From Histomonas meleagridis 2922-C6/04-290x (Eukaryota > Protista > Parabasalia): DNA of 64,000 nt. Position numbers and translations under genes: made by a program. Below, one piece after another: positions 11,289-20,769 of the stretch. The stretch covers positions 1-64,000 of the forward strand of contig JAANOX010000064.1 of assembly GCA_020184695.1 (NCBI GenBank). Direction: 5' to 3'. Below the pieces are notes generated by a model. The model was not told where the DNA came from, made no database searches, and saw nothing but the letters and a program-made list of their open reading frames with translations. Position 1 is the first letter of the stretch, and each line of letters starts with the position of its first letter.

Positions 11289-11600
11289 TCAAAACCTCCT
11301 TTGAGGGAAATAATAATGGTCGTGCTCGTTGTGTTTGGTTCCAGGGTGATAATGTGGTCCATGACCATGATCCTCGGGACCTCTTGGTTCCTTTCCACCT
11401 CCTGCTCTCTTTGCCTTTTCGTATGCTTCTTTCCTGGTATTAGAGTAATCGCGCTTTGCAATTGGTTTTTCAGATCTCTTCTTTTGATTAGCTAATAAAA
11501 AAACACCTCCTAATACCGCTGCTCCACCTAAAACAACCCACCCAAGGGGCCCAGAACCTGCTGCTACTGCTGGCAATGCTGGTATTGCTGCTGCTGCCAT
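11289..11600 (-). CDS. Small (103-aa) protein: hydrophobic GPLGW segment + His-rich putative HNH/EndoVII-type toxin-like C-terminus
   Basis: ATG at 11600 is preceded by a TCATTT initiator (11616-11611), and TAAA follows the stop. The sequence reads ...TRKEAYEKAKRAGGGKEPRGPEDHGHGPHYHPGTKHNEHDHYYFP. The CDS is well supported; the function is inferred. Confidence 0.7.
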   Translation of the reverse strand: MAAAAIPALPAVAAGSGPLGWVVLGGAAVLGGVFLLANQKKRSEKPIAKRDYSNTRKEAYEKAKRAGGGKEPRGPEDHGHGPHYHPGTKHNEHDHYYFPQRRF

Positions 11601-11886
11601 TTTTAAAAAAAAATGAAACAAGAATTTTGGAAAATTTTACCTTTGTTTCAATTAAAAGTCTGTTCAAAAATGGCAAAATATGGATTGTAAAATTTGCCAA
11701 ATGGCTGAATTAACTGAACGATATTAATATCGTTTGTGTACTTTTATTTTTGTCATCATAATAAGCAAAGGAGATAAAATAGACCACCCCAAAATGAGTG
11801 ACGTGTTGTAAATTTCAATGAAAAAACGTTTTTGAATAGAACGCATATACAAAAGCCCATCGTTTTGCTATGAGTTCACTTGTTAA

Positions 11887-13797
11887 ATGGCAAACAGCAA
11901 TTTCAAGCCCAAACTCATATCTGATGTGAGGAGCACAAAAGAATACGAGTTCCTAAAAGAAACGGATGAGTTTATTCGATTACTTTTTTCATCTCAAGAA
12001 AAAGACGAAGATGATGTCATACAAAAAACTATAGACTATCTGAAAGCACACCCTACTCAAACATGTTTTCTGGTTAAGCTTCTTTCCTATTTTACGAGTG
12101 TTCGACCAAAGCAATGGAAGTTTATTACAAAGGTTTATCGAACACTATTAGCCCAATTTCCCGATCAAGCATCAGAGATTATTCACCTTTCGACTGGGAG
12201 TGTACTTTTTTATCAACTTCTTTCATCTCAAGGAATTGTTGAAAGTAGAGAAGGTGTTTCAAACATGCCCAAAGTAAATCCAATAATAATCACCGTATAT
12301 TCACCAGATTCCCTATGTTATTACATTAAAGAAGATGAACTTGAAAACTTCCAAAATTATCTCAGTAAAAATCCAACATTTAACATAAATCAAAAGATTC
12401 CATCACCACAATACACGGCACCTTTTTATGTTTGTTTTGAACTTTCCATAGATTTACTCTCATTATCAGCATTCTATGGTTCTCTTCAAATCTTTAAATA
12501 TTTAATCGAACAAAATGTTCAAATTACTAAACGTTGTTCATTATATGCTGTTGCAGGCGGTCATTCTGATATCATTAATATACTTAAAGAAAAAGGAGTT
12601 TCATTTTCCGATTGTTTTTACACAAGTGTTCAATATCATCGTTATGAACTCAGTGATTTAATCATTACTAAATATGGCCAACAAAAAATGCCATTATGTG
12701 ATACTATATATTTTTATCATTATGAAGCATTTCTTTATTCATTATTAAATGGAAGTGATCCAAATGAAGAAAATAAAAATCATTTAACGCCTATACAAAT
12801 ATCATGTGAAAGTGGTAATTTACCATTAGTGAAACTTTTGTTCAATTATGTAACACTTCAACAAGATGAAAAAGAATTTCTTTTACATATGACAGCTAAA
12901 GAAGGCGACTTACAAATAATGAAATATCTTATCGAAGAATTAAAAATTAACAAAGAAGCAAAAGATGTTGAAGATTGGACTACATTACATATTGCATGTC
13001 ATTATGGTAATTTACAAGTTATTAAATATTTAGTTGAAGAACAAAAAGTTAATATCAATGCTAAAAACAAATATCATGAAATACCATTCCATTTTTCATG
13101 TGGTTATGGCGATTTAGAAGTAGTTAAATATTTATATGATAAAGGAGCAGATATTAATGCTGTTGAAGATAGAGGTTATCCATCTGCATTTTTTGCTGTA
13201 CAAAATGGCAAATTAAATATTCTTCAATATTTGATTGAAAAAGGATTCGATATATATTATTCAAGTAATGATAAAGTTACTATTTTACATGTTTCAGCTC
13301 GAAAATCTTTTCCTTGTTTGAAATATTTAATCGAAAGTTGTAATGGTGATTTAAATTTAAAGGATATCGATGGAAAAGGTTTATTACATTTCGCTTGTTT
13401 AGGTGGAAATCTTGAGAACGTAAAATATTTAATCGAAGTTCATAAGTTTAATAAAGAAGAAAAAACAAATGAACAATTAACGCCATTACACTTTGCATGC
13501 ATTGGTGGTAATTTCGACGTAGTAAAATATTTAATGGAATTGCCAGTAGACAAAGAAGCAAAGGACAAATGGGGTTGGACTCCCTTCTTTTTCGCTTGTC
13601 AAAATGGAAATTTGGATGTTGTTAAGTATATGATAGACAACCAAAACGTTATGTACAATATAACTGATGCTGATGGAATTAAACCGATAATGGTTGCAGT
13701 ACAATTTAAGAAGTTTGAAGTGGCAGAATACATTTCAAGGAAAGCTAACCCAAATAGGAATGGGCTTGGTTTACTTGCAAGTTTGGGCATTTTTTAG
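11887..13797 (+). CDS. DUF3447-type ankyrin repeat protein (uninterrupted)
   Basis: LSLSAFYGSLQIFKYL and YAVAGGHSDII N-terminal block, then about 11 contiguous ankyrin repeats (e.g. WTTLHIACHYGNLQVIKYLVEE). Confidence 0.92.
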   Translation: MANSNFKPKLISDVRSTKEYEFLKETDEFIRLLFSSQEKDEDDVIQKTIDYLKAHPTQTCFLVKLLSYFTSVRPKQWKFITKVYRTLLAQFPDQASEIIHLSTGSVLFYQLLSSQGIVESREGVSNMPKVNPIIITVYSPDSLCYYIKEDELENFQNYLSKNPTFNINQKIPSPQYTAPFYVCFELSIDLLSLSAFYGSLQIFKYLIEQNVQITKRCSLYAVAGGHSDIINILKEKGVSFSDCFYTSVQYHRYELSDLIITKYGQQKMPLCDTIYFYHYEAFLYSLLNGSDPNEENKNHLTPIQISCESGNLPLVKLLFNYVTLQQDEKEFLLHMTAKEGDLQIMKYLIEELKINKEAKDVEDWTTLHIACHYGNLQVIKYLVEEQKVNINAKNKYHEIPFHFSCGYGDLEVVKYLYDKGADINAVEDRGYPSAFFAVQNGKLNILQYLIEKGFDIYYSSNDKVTILHVSARKSFPCLKYLIESCNGDLNLKDIDGKGLLHFACLGGNLENVKYLIEVHKFNKEEKTNEQLTPLHFACIGGNFDVVKYLMELPVDKEAKDKWGWTPFFFACQNGNLDVVKYMIDNQNVMYNITDADGIKPIMVAVQFKKFEVAEYISRKANPNRNGLGLLASLGIF

Positions 13798-13910
13798 ATA
13801 AAAAGACGATACCGAAATTTGAATGGAATCTGATCGTTTTATGTTACACTAAAAATTTTTTACCAGAAAAAAATAATTTTATTTTACTAAAACTATTGGA
13901 TATTTAACAA

Positions 13911-15227
13911 CTATTTTCGAGATCTCGAAGCTCTTGATCTTGTGACTACTCGGGTTGTTGCGGCACTTCCGAATTTCTTATCAAATTCAGATTTGACCTC
14001 TGGAGAAAACATGTGGTAGTAACTTAACCTCAGGTGATTTAAGTCTGCCTGTGAAAAGTTGTATCCGATCTTCAATAGATATTCGATAGATTTAATTGTC
14101 ATATTGTTTGGATATGTTCTTATTATAGGAGCTACATTGTATGGGTTGAAGCTTTGTGGCCATGTTGTGTTAACTAACTCTAAAAACTTTTGATTACCAG
14201 TTTGAAGAGAACATCTTACAATCATTTCGATTTTTCCTCTGGTGAAGTTGAAACCTTTTGATATCAAATACTTGATTACGTTGACTTGTGCGTCAGAAAT
14301 TTTATTGTAATATTCATTATACACCACATAATCAATAATACCTCTTTGCTGTGAATCCAACATGTAAACGTCAGCACCTTGTGAAATTAAATAGTCGACT
14401 ATATCAACAAATCCATTCTTTGCTGCCTCAAGAAATGGAGGAGATTTTGCATTTTTCCGTTTAAAAACCGCTTTGTTTTTGACAAGAAGTTTAACGGTCT
14501 CCAGAGAACCGTTACGACACGCGTACAAAAGTGCCGTTTCACCATCATGCGTAGTTCTATCAACTGAAACTCCTTCTTCAATAAGGAATTCAACTACATC
14601 TGGGTGACCACCCAAACTTGCAAAATGAAGAGCTGTGGCACCATGAGAGTTTGATTCAAGAAAATTAATTCCAATTTCTTTCATATATTTAAGAACTTCT
14701 AAATGACCATAATATGATGCTATAAGAATTGGAAGTGAACCTGCAGCATTTCGAATATTGAATATTTCAGTATTTGTTTTCATAAAAATATATTTGACGC
14801 AGTCCAAAAAACCATATTGACAAGCTACATGGATAGGAGTGTTCCCACTTTTATCGCCTTCTTTTAAAGAATTTTCGTTTCGTTCTATGAGACGGACCAT
14901 ATCCATTGATCGACTTGCAATAGCAAAATGCATTAGTGGACGCTCTATAAGATCCTTTTTTTCTAGGTCTGCTCCATTATCAATGAGGAATTTTACACAA
15001 TTTATTGCGTTAAAATATGCAGCAAAGGAGATAACAGGAGGAGCACTTGAAAGAAATGTTGGAAGATATTGCTCATTAAACCCAATTTCCTGGTTTATCG
15101 CATTATCTTCTGATAAAACAACATTTGCAAGTGCTTCAACATCGTCATTTAGGATGGCATCACATATTGCAGCATTATTTTCTTTAAATTTGAATTGTTC
15201 CTGAAAACTTAGACCGGCAAACATCAT
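13911..15227 (-). CDS. Ankyrin repeat protein (uninterrupted)
   Basis: ISFAAYFNAINCVKFL, then repeats such as GNTPIHVACQYG, GATALHFASLGG and GETALLYACRNG. Confidence 0.92.
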   Translation of the reverse strand: MMFAGLSFQEQFKFKENNAAICDAILNDDVEALANVVLSEDNAINQEIGFNEQYLPTFLSSAPPVISFAAYFNAINCVKFLIDNGADLEKKDLIERPLMHFAIASRSMDMVRLIERNENSLKEGDKSGNTPIHVACQYGFLDCVKYIFMKTNTEIFNIRNAAGSLPILIASYYGHLEVLKYMKEIGINFLESNSHGATALHFASLGGHPDVVEFLIEEGVSVDRTTHDGETALLYACRNGSLETVKLLVKNKAVFKRKNAKSPPFLEAAKNGFVDIVDYLISQGADVYMLDSQQRGIIDYVVYNEYYNKISDAQVNVIKYLISKGFNFTRGKIEMIVRCSLQTGNQKFLELVNTTWPQSFNPYNVAPIIRTYPNNMTIKSIEYLLKIGYNFSQADLNHLRLSYYHMFSPEVKSEFDKKFGSAATTRVVTRSRASRSRK

Positions 15228-15750
15228 CTTATGAAGAAATCACAAAAGGGTTTTTCCTGCTTGTTTTAGTGTATAACACTTTTTGACTCCACCCGTAACG
15301 ATGGTAACAATGAAACCAAATTCTATATTATAACGATCGCATTCCTGCCAAAACAATATCCGTTCAATTTTAGTATAGTTTACACGGTCGTCAAGGTGCT
15401 CCTTCCAAGAAAACAAAGTTAACACGTTAACACTAGCAGTTTTAAATAAACTATTCAATTTTTAAATTGGTCAGTTCATATGTTTAATTCCGATGTACCC
15501 TCCAATCACACAATGCATTTCACTTATTAAATATATACAACATCAATGTTAAGTGTTTGGGATAATTTTTGATATATTTACGAATTTTTATTTTGGGCTT
15601 TATACATATTAATAATTTAAGTGTTACCAAAATGTTTATACTTTCCACATTTTGTTTTGTTGGGAATTACTTTGCAAAACCAAAAAATATACAGTATTGA
15701 AACTAAATAAAATAATCAATTTGATTTACTGCATTTCTGATGGATGTTTA

Positions 15751-17424
15751 TTAACTTTCTGGCGCGCCGAAGAAATCTGCCGGGTCATCGAAGTAAAATG
15801 TCTTTTCTTCTTCAGATGAAATTTGTACGACCAAATCAGCAGCGTAAACTTCACCATCACCAACGCCGAACTGCGGCAACACGCCGAGTCTAATTACTGA
15901 CTTCGGGTCCACTGTATAAATCGTTGGCGAGTCGATTGGGTAAGGAGGCATTGGCTGATATGTAACAGGCTGCTCGGGCACCGGCTCAAACACTGTCTCC
16001 AAGTGGTTGCTCAGAACAGTGTGGTACTCGTGGTTGAACTGTTCCTGCAGCTGCTCGAGTTGCTGCGATATGTAATCCACGTTATCATTCTTAGATGTGA
16101 TCTCGTCGACTAATGTCCGGCCCGCTTTCTCGACCTCTTTGCTGAACGATCTGAAGAAGTTCGTGATCACTGACTGGTACTCGGTCAATTGGTTCTTCGG
16201 GTTGCTCTTCAGCTGCTTGGAAGCAGACTCAGCTTGCGTGTGCGCTTCTTGCTGAAGTGCGGAGAGTGGTTCAAAGATATTACGCATGGAACCATTGATG
16301 GTGCTGAGGTCGGCCTTGCGAATCTTTGTGGAGGAGGATGACGATGTCGTGGTGCTCTTAACTTTGGAGACATCGGACTTGCGCTTGGATTTGTTGGTGG
16401 GCGTGGCGGACTTCTTCTTGCCGCCCTTCTTCTTGCCGCCCTTGGCAGACTTGGATGGAGTTTCGGAGCTTTGAGAATGCTCTTCAGAAGTTGACTCGTC
16501 GTGTGATGAAGAGACGCGACGATGCGGTGGAGGTGTTGGCTGTGTTGGTGGTGGTGGAGGCTGCGTGGCAACTGGAACAGGCTTCTTGGTGGGCTGAATG
16601 CGTTGGGCAGATGGAAGATTTTGGTTTGGTTCTGGGGCTGGGGGTTTGGCAGGTGGAGCTGCTGGACGTGTGGGTGGTGGCGCAGGCTTGGCTGGGGGTG
16701 CTGCGGGTTTGGCGGGCGGTGGAGCGGGTTTGGTGGCTGGTGCTGGTGGTGCTGGTTTGGCTGCGGGTGCTGGTTTGGCTGCGGGTGCTGGTGGAGCTGC
16801 GGGTTTAGGAGCTGGCGGTGCTGGTTTGGCTGCGGGTGCTGGTGGAGCTGCGGGTTTAGGAGCAGGACCAGGTGGACGAGTTGCTGGTGGTGCTGGTGCC
16901 GGACGAGAGGCTGGTGGTGCTGGTGCTGGACGAGAGGCTGGTGGTGCTGGTGCCGGACGAGAGGCTGGTGGTGCTGGTGCTGGACGAGAGGCTGGTGGTG
17001 CTGGTGCCGGACGAGAGGCTGGTGGTGCTGGTGCTGGTTTTGCGCCAAATGCAGGAGCGGGTTTGGGAACACCAGGTGGGGTAGATGCAGGTGGTGCTGC
17101 GGCTGGTGGAGCAGCTGCAGGTGGTGGGTTCCTCTTACCTAGAATTGCACGGAAACCACCAGGTACAGGAGCAGCACCACCACCAAGAGTCATATTTAAT
17201 CTGGCTTTGAAATCCATTGGTTTAGCCGGTTCTGCGGCTGCTGGTGGAATTGCTGGTCTTTCTGGTGGTGGATCTACTTTCCGAAGTTTAGGCATGCCAT
17301 TTGCCAATGTTGCACCCGTATTTGCTTTTGGAAGGAATTTGTTAGTTGATGCTGCTGGCTTTGATGGTGGTGGTGGAGGTGGAGGAGGCGGTGGTGGAGG
17401 AGGTGGAGGAGGAGGTGCTGGCAT
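15751..17424 (-). CDS. Proline-rich WH2-motif actin regulator (verprolin/WIP-like)
   Basis: N-terminal polyproline, LANGMPKLRKV WH2-like motif, long P/A-rich repeats, a basic linker and a helical C-terminal domain. Confidence 0.7.
   Translation of the reverse strand: MPAPPPPPPPPPPPPPPPPPSKPAASTNKFLPKANTGATLANGMPKLRKVDPPPERPAIPPAAAEPAKPMDFKARLNMTLGGGAAPVPGGFRAILGKRNPPPAAAPPAAAPPASTPPGVPKPAPAFGAKPAPAPPASRPAPAPPASRPAPAPPASRPAPAPPASRPAPAPPASRPAPAPPATRPPGPAPKPAAPPAPAAKPAPPAPKPAAPPAPAAKPAPAAKPAPPAPATKPAPPPAKPAAPPAKPAPPPTRPAAPPAKPPAPEPNQNLPSAQRIQPTKKPVPVATQPPPPPTQPTPPPHRRVSSSHDESTSEEHSQSSETPSKSAKGGKKKGGKKKSATPTNKSKRKSDVSKVKSTTTSSSSSTKIRKADLSTINGSMRNIFEPLSALQQEAHTQAESASKQLKSNPKNQLTEYQSVITNFFRSFSKEVEKAGRTLVDEITSKNDNVDYISQQLEQLQEQFNHEYHTVLSNHLETVFEPVPEQPVTYQPMPPYPIDSPTIYTVDPKSVIRLGVLPQFGVGDGEVYAADLVVQISSEEEKTFYFDDPADFFGAPES
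16885..17035 (-). repeat. 27-bp coding tandem repeat (PAPAPPASR x about 5)
   Basis: The unit ggtgctggtgc(c/t)ggacgagaggctggt repeats on the + strand. Confidence 0.9.
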
Positions 17425-17684
17425 TTGATTAAACTGGGAAACTTTTTCATAAGAAACTCAAAATTGATAAAATCACAAAAGTTGAACTTGAACGTTAAGA
17501 AATTTTTTCTACACCGGTGACAATATATCTCAAGATGTACTTATTTTTTTAAGATAAAACTAAATAAGATATTTATTAAAGATGTTTTCAAAGATGTTAG
17601 TATCGATAAAAAACTTTTTAGTAAATAGGTTATGTTGTTTTTTAATTCGCCATGATTAATGTTCAGGAAACCGTTAATAGGACA

Positions 17685-18137
17685 ATGTTCTCAACGATAA
17701 ATAAATTCGGTAGATTTGCAGCGGCAAGGACTGACAAAGCAATTGTATATTCTATTGGCGGAAATGAATGGTTTGGTATTAGCAAAGATAATAGATCAAT
17801 GTTATTTACAACTGGAAAAGGTTCAAGCCCATCACCTGTAGATCATATCTTAATGGCACTAGGAGCTTGTTCTGCAGATGATGTAAAATATGTGCTTGAA
17901 AAGAATGAAAGAATTGTTAATAAGTTAAGTGTTGATATCGAGGGTGAATTCGCTCCAGATCCACCAAACCGATTATCAGAAATACGCGTACGATTCAATT
18001 TGGACTCACCAAATGCACTTGAAGAAGATATCAAAATTGTTGGTGATACTGTTTTAGAAAAATTGTGTCCTGTTGCTATGACATTAACCTCAAAGCCAAA
18101 TATAAAAGCAAAAGCCACGTTAGTGAACAAGAAATAA
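17685..18137 (+). CDS. OsmC/Ohr family peroxidase, probably hydrogenosomal
   Basis: Contains SPVDHILMALGACSADD and LEKLCPVAMTL (two catalytic Cys). The second ATG (17685) gives MFSTINKFGRF/A, a short hydrogenosomal-type presequence with Arg at -2. Confidence 0.9.
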   Translation: MFSTINKFGRFAAARTDKAIVYSIGGNEWFGISKDNRSMLFTTGKGSSPSPVDHILMALGACSADDVKYVLEKNERIVNKLSVDIEGEFAPDPPNRLSEIRVRFNLDSPNALEEDIKIVGDTVLEKLCPVAMTLTSKPNIKAKATLVNKK

Positions 18138-18184
18138 AAAGAATGTCAATTTGGATATTTATACAATTTTTTATGTGTAATTAT

Positions 18185-19069
18185 TTACTCTTTAAAATTT
18201 AATGAAAGGGATATAATTGGATTCTCTTTGAGTGATGGAACAGCTACAGCGAAGTCGACACTTGTTTTTGTAGCAATTGGAAATCCAATTTGAGCTTTTA
18301 ATTTTTTCTCTGAATCAACAATTAATTTATATGATTTTGAGTTTTGTGTGTATGATAATTGAGCATAGCCATACTTTTCCTGCTTCTTTTCAAAAGCTAA
18401 GTCTAGGTTAATAGGTCCTTTTTGGAAATTAAGAAATGTTTTGAAATTGTTGTTTTTATATTTTGCTGCTAATTCTAATGGATGATATGATAATCTTGCA
18501 GAAGCTTTGTATGATTCTTTATTTGTGATTTTGTTTGGCAAAAATGAAAATCCAATATTAAATATTGGATATCCTAAAACAAGACCTGTGCGAATTAAGC
18601 TGCTTTTTCCAGCTCCTTTCTTGATGCACAATGAAAGAGTGCTATTAATGAATTGCGTTTGCATGTAAAGGGATGTATCGAAATTGACTTCTTGAATTTT
18701 GGAATCAAATGATAGGTTAAGGTCAGTGTTAACTTTCATTTTTTCTTGTTGAAGTACTTTGAAAAATCTTGAATAATCAATTTTAAAATGACAATCATTA
18801 ATTGGATAAATTTTTACGTTTATCGGTAAATTAATAAGTTTTGGTTTAAACTCTAATGTATAGTCATTCTCATATTTGCATATTTTAATATTATAATGAT
18901 TATCATTGAAGCCAAAGATAGCATTTTCGATTGGAGATTTCTGATTATATCCAGGAGAAATCAATGTTAAAAACACTTCATCGTTAGTATAATTTATCTG
19001 CATAACATTTCTATTATTTGTAATTTCTTTTGATACTTTTTGAGGACACAAATCATTAAATCTGATCAT
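18185..19069 (-). CDS. Putative beta-barrel outer-membrane protein (divergent VDAC/Tom40-like porin)
   Basis: Alternating polar/hydrophobic beta-strand pattern throughout. The C-terminus KLIVDSEKKLKAQIGF...ISLSLNFKE resembles the last VDAC strands and a beta-signal. Confidence 0.5.
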   Translation of the reverse strand: MIRFNDLCPQKVSKEITNNRNVMQINYTNDEVFLTLISPGYNQKSPIENAIFGFNDNHYNIKICKYENDYTLEFKPKLINLPINVKIYPINDCHFKIDYSRFFKVLQQEKMKVNTDLNLSFDSKIQEVNFDTSLYMQTQFINSTLSLCIKKGAGKSSLIRTGLVLGYPIFNIGFSFLPNKITNKESYKASARLSYHPLELAAKYKNNNFKTFLNFQKGPINLDLAFEKKQEKYGYAQLSYTQNSKSYKLIVDSEKKLKAQIGFPIATKTSVDFAVAVPSLKENPIISLSLNFKE

Positions 19070-19162
19070 TGCAAAGGAATAAAATTACCCATTTGAAGGG
19101 TAATTTGAATTGAGAAGCTTTGTTCCAATGAGACAAAACAAACATTTTTTATTAACACATTT

Positions 19163-20695
19163 CTATGTTGTTTTAGGGAGTATTGCACCAAATATTATCC
19201 AACTTGCATAAAGATCTTCAGCATAAGGGAATGTAGCAATTGATACAACAAACATTTCAGCATTTGGTGATGTCATTAAATCATCAGATTTAGCTTGTAA
19301 TGCCATAAAAATAGATTTTGCATCTTTAGCATGCACACAGATTGGTATTGCTTTAATTGATGTATTTTTAGGCAATAATCGTCTAATTGCATCATTTGCA
19401 TGAGGTGCCCACATATCACAAGATTCATTAAGTTTTGATGATTCATAAGAATACAAAAGAGGTCTCATAGCAAAAGCAATTTGATTATTAAAAATAGTCT
19501 TTTTTGTATGTCTTAATGCAGATATCATTCTTTTGACTTCATTTTCAATTTCTTCTTCGTCAATTTGTTCACAAGGACAAAGTGATGGAATAGAAATTGG
19601 TGAAGGAACATCATATCTTTTCCAAATTCTTGGGTCATTAACATCGGCAGATGGACATTCAACAAGTGCCTCAAGTTTACATTTATATCCATAAAGTATA
19701 GTCGTATGTAATATTTCTGCAATTGTTCTTTCACATGTGAATGGATCCCATAACCAATTTTGTTTCTCATGAATTGTTAATACTTTATTCGCACAAACAT
19801 AAGACTCAAATCCAAATCCACAAAATAACGAACATAATAATGCACAAATGTCACCTCTACTACCACATCGAGAACTTAATAACGAGTGGATGGTGAACCC
19901 ACGAGTGAAAACCGTTTCATCGTTATCGTCTTCTTCTTCTGCGATAACGTTTCCAGTTGCAGAAAATGTTCTCTTGCTAACAGAAAATAAACCTGCAAAT
20001 CGATTTGCGTGAAATGGAGTCGGAATTAATTTTGATGAAAGTCTACAAATATGTGATCCTCTTCTCCCTTCGTTTTTAAGAATATTTTGAAGATCATTAG
20101 GTGATATAGATATTGGATCAAATTCAAGCTTAATATGTACAATTCCATTATCATCACCTGTTTGAGATCCGCTTAGTGTTACTGGTAATCCTACATATCC
20201 ACTAAGTGCCATTCTCCATTCAAAAGTTCCTGTGCCATAAGAACAACAGTTTTTACCAGAAATGAGAATAGCTGTGATTGAACCTGGCCCATAAGAAATT
20301 AATTCATCAATTGATTGAGATAAATCTATTGAAAATGTTTCAGAAAATAATGGATCTACTTCTGCATTGACTTTACTGCTTCTAAATCGATGACCTGCAA
20401 TGTTAATATCAAGCTGTAATAATGAAGAATCAGCATCCATTAATTCAATAAATGAACTAGCTCTTACAATTGTTATAGTTAATGTATGTAATGAAGATGA
20501 TGTTTGTCGCTTTTTAGTGTGTTGTTTAGGAACATCTGTAACTGGAAGAGGTTTGCTTACATTTGAATTTGGTGAAGTAACAGGCACTCTTTTAGCAAGA
20601 AAGTCATGGACATATTTTTTCATATCAACATTGTTTGCAAATTTTCGTATCCTAGATCTATCTGTATCCGAAATATTTACATTAGGGATTGACAT
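19163..20695 (-). CDS. CEP76: Centrosomal protein CEP76-like (C2 + transglutaminase-like domains)
   Basis: Contains HRFRSSKVNAEVDPLFSETF (CEP76-type C2), TPFHANRFAG, ALLCSLFCGFGFESYVC and the C-terminal TFPYAEDLYASWIIFG. Confidence 0.8.
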   Translation of the reverse strand: MSIPNVNISDTDRSRIRKFANNVDMKKYVHDFLAKRVPVTSPNSNVSKPLPVTDVPKQHTKKRQTSSSLHTLTITIVRASSFIELMDADSSLLQLDINIAGHRFRSSKVNAEVDPLFSETFSIDLSQSIDELISYGPGSITAILISGKNCCSYGTGTFEWRMALSGYVGLPVTLSGSQTGDDNGIVHIKLEFDPISISPNDLQNILKNEGRRGSHICRLSSKLIPTPFHANRFAGLFSVSKRTFSATGNVIAEEEDDNDETVFTRGFTIHSLLSSRCGSRGDICALLCSLFCGFGFESYVCANKVLTIHEKQNWLWDPFTCERTIAEILHTTILYGYKCKLEALVECPSADVNDPRIWKRYDVPSPISIPSLCPCEQIDEEEIENEVKRMISALRHTKKTIFNNQIAFAMRPLLYSYESSKLNESCDMWAPHANDAIRRLLPKNTSIKAIPICVHAKDAKSIFMALQAKSDDLMTSPNAEMFVVSIATFPYAEDLYASWIIFGAILPKTT

Positions 20696-20769
20696 TTGGA
20701 ATAAACGTACTTCACTTATGAACGTTTAATAATGTGTAAACAATTTAATTTAAGCAACTTCACCTCCAA

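Noticed and set aside
16209-17428. Long overlapping ORFs on both strands (16209..17072, 16455..16808, 16522..17142, 16598..17428)
   Set aside because: These are shadow frames of the GC-rich proline/alanine repeat region of the WH2 protein.
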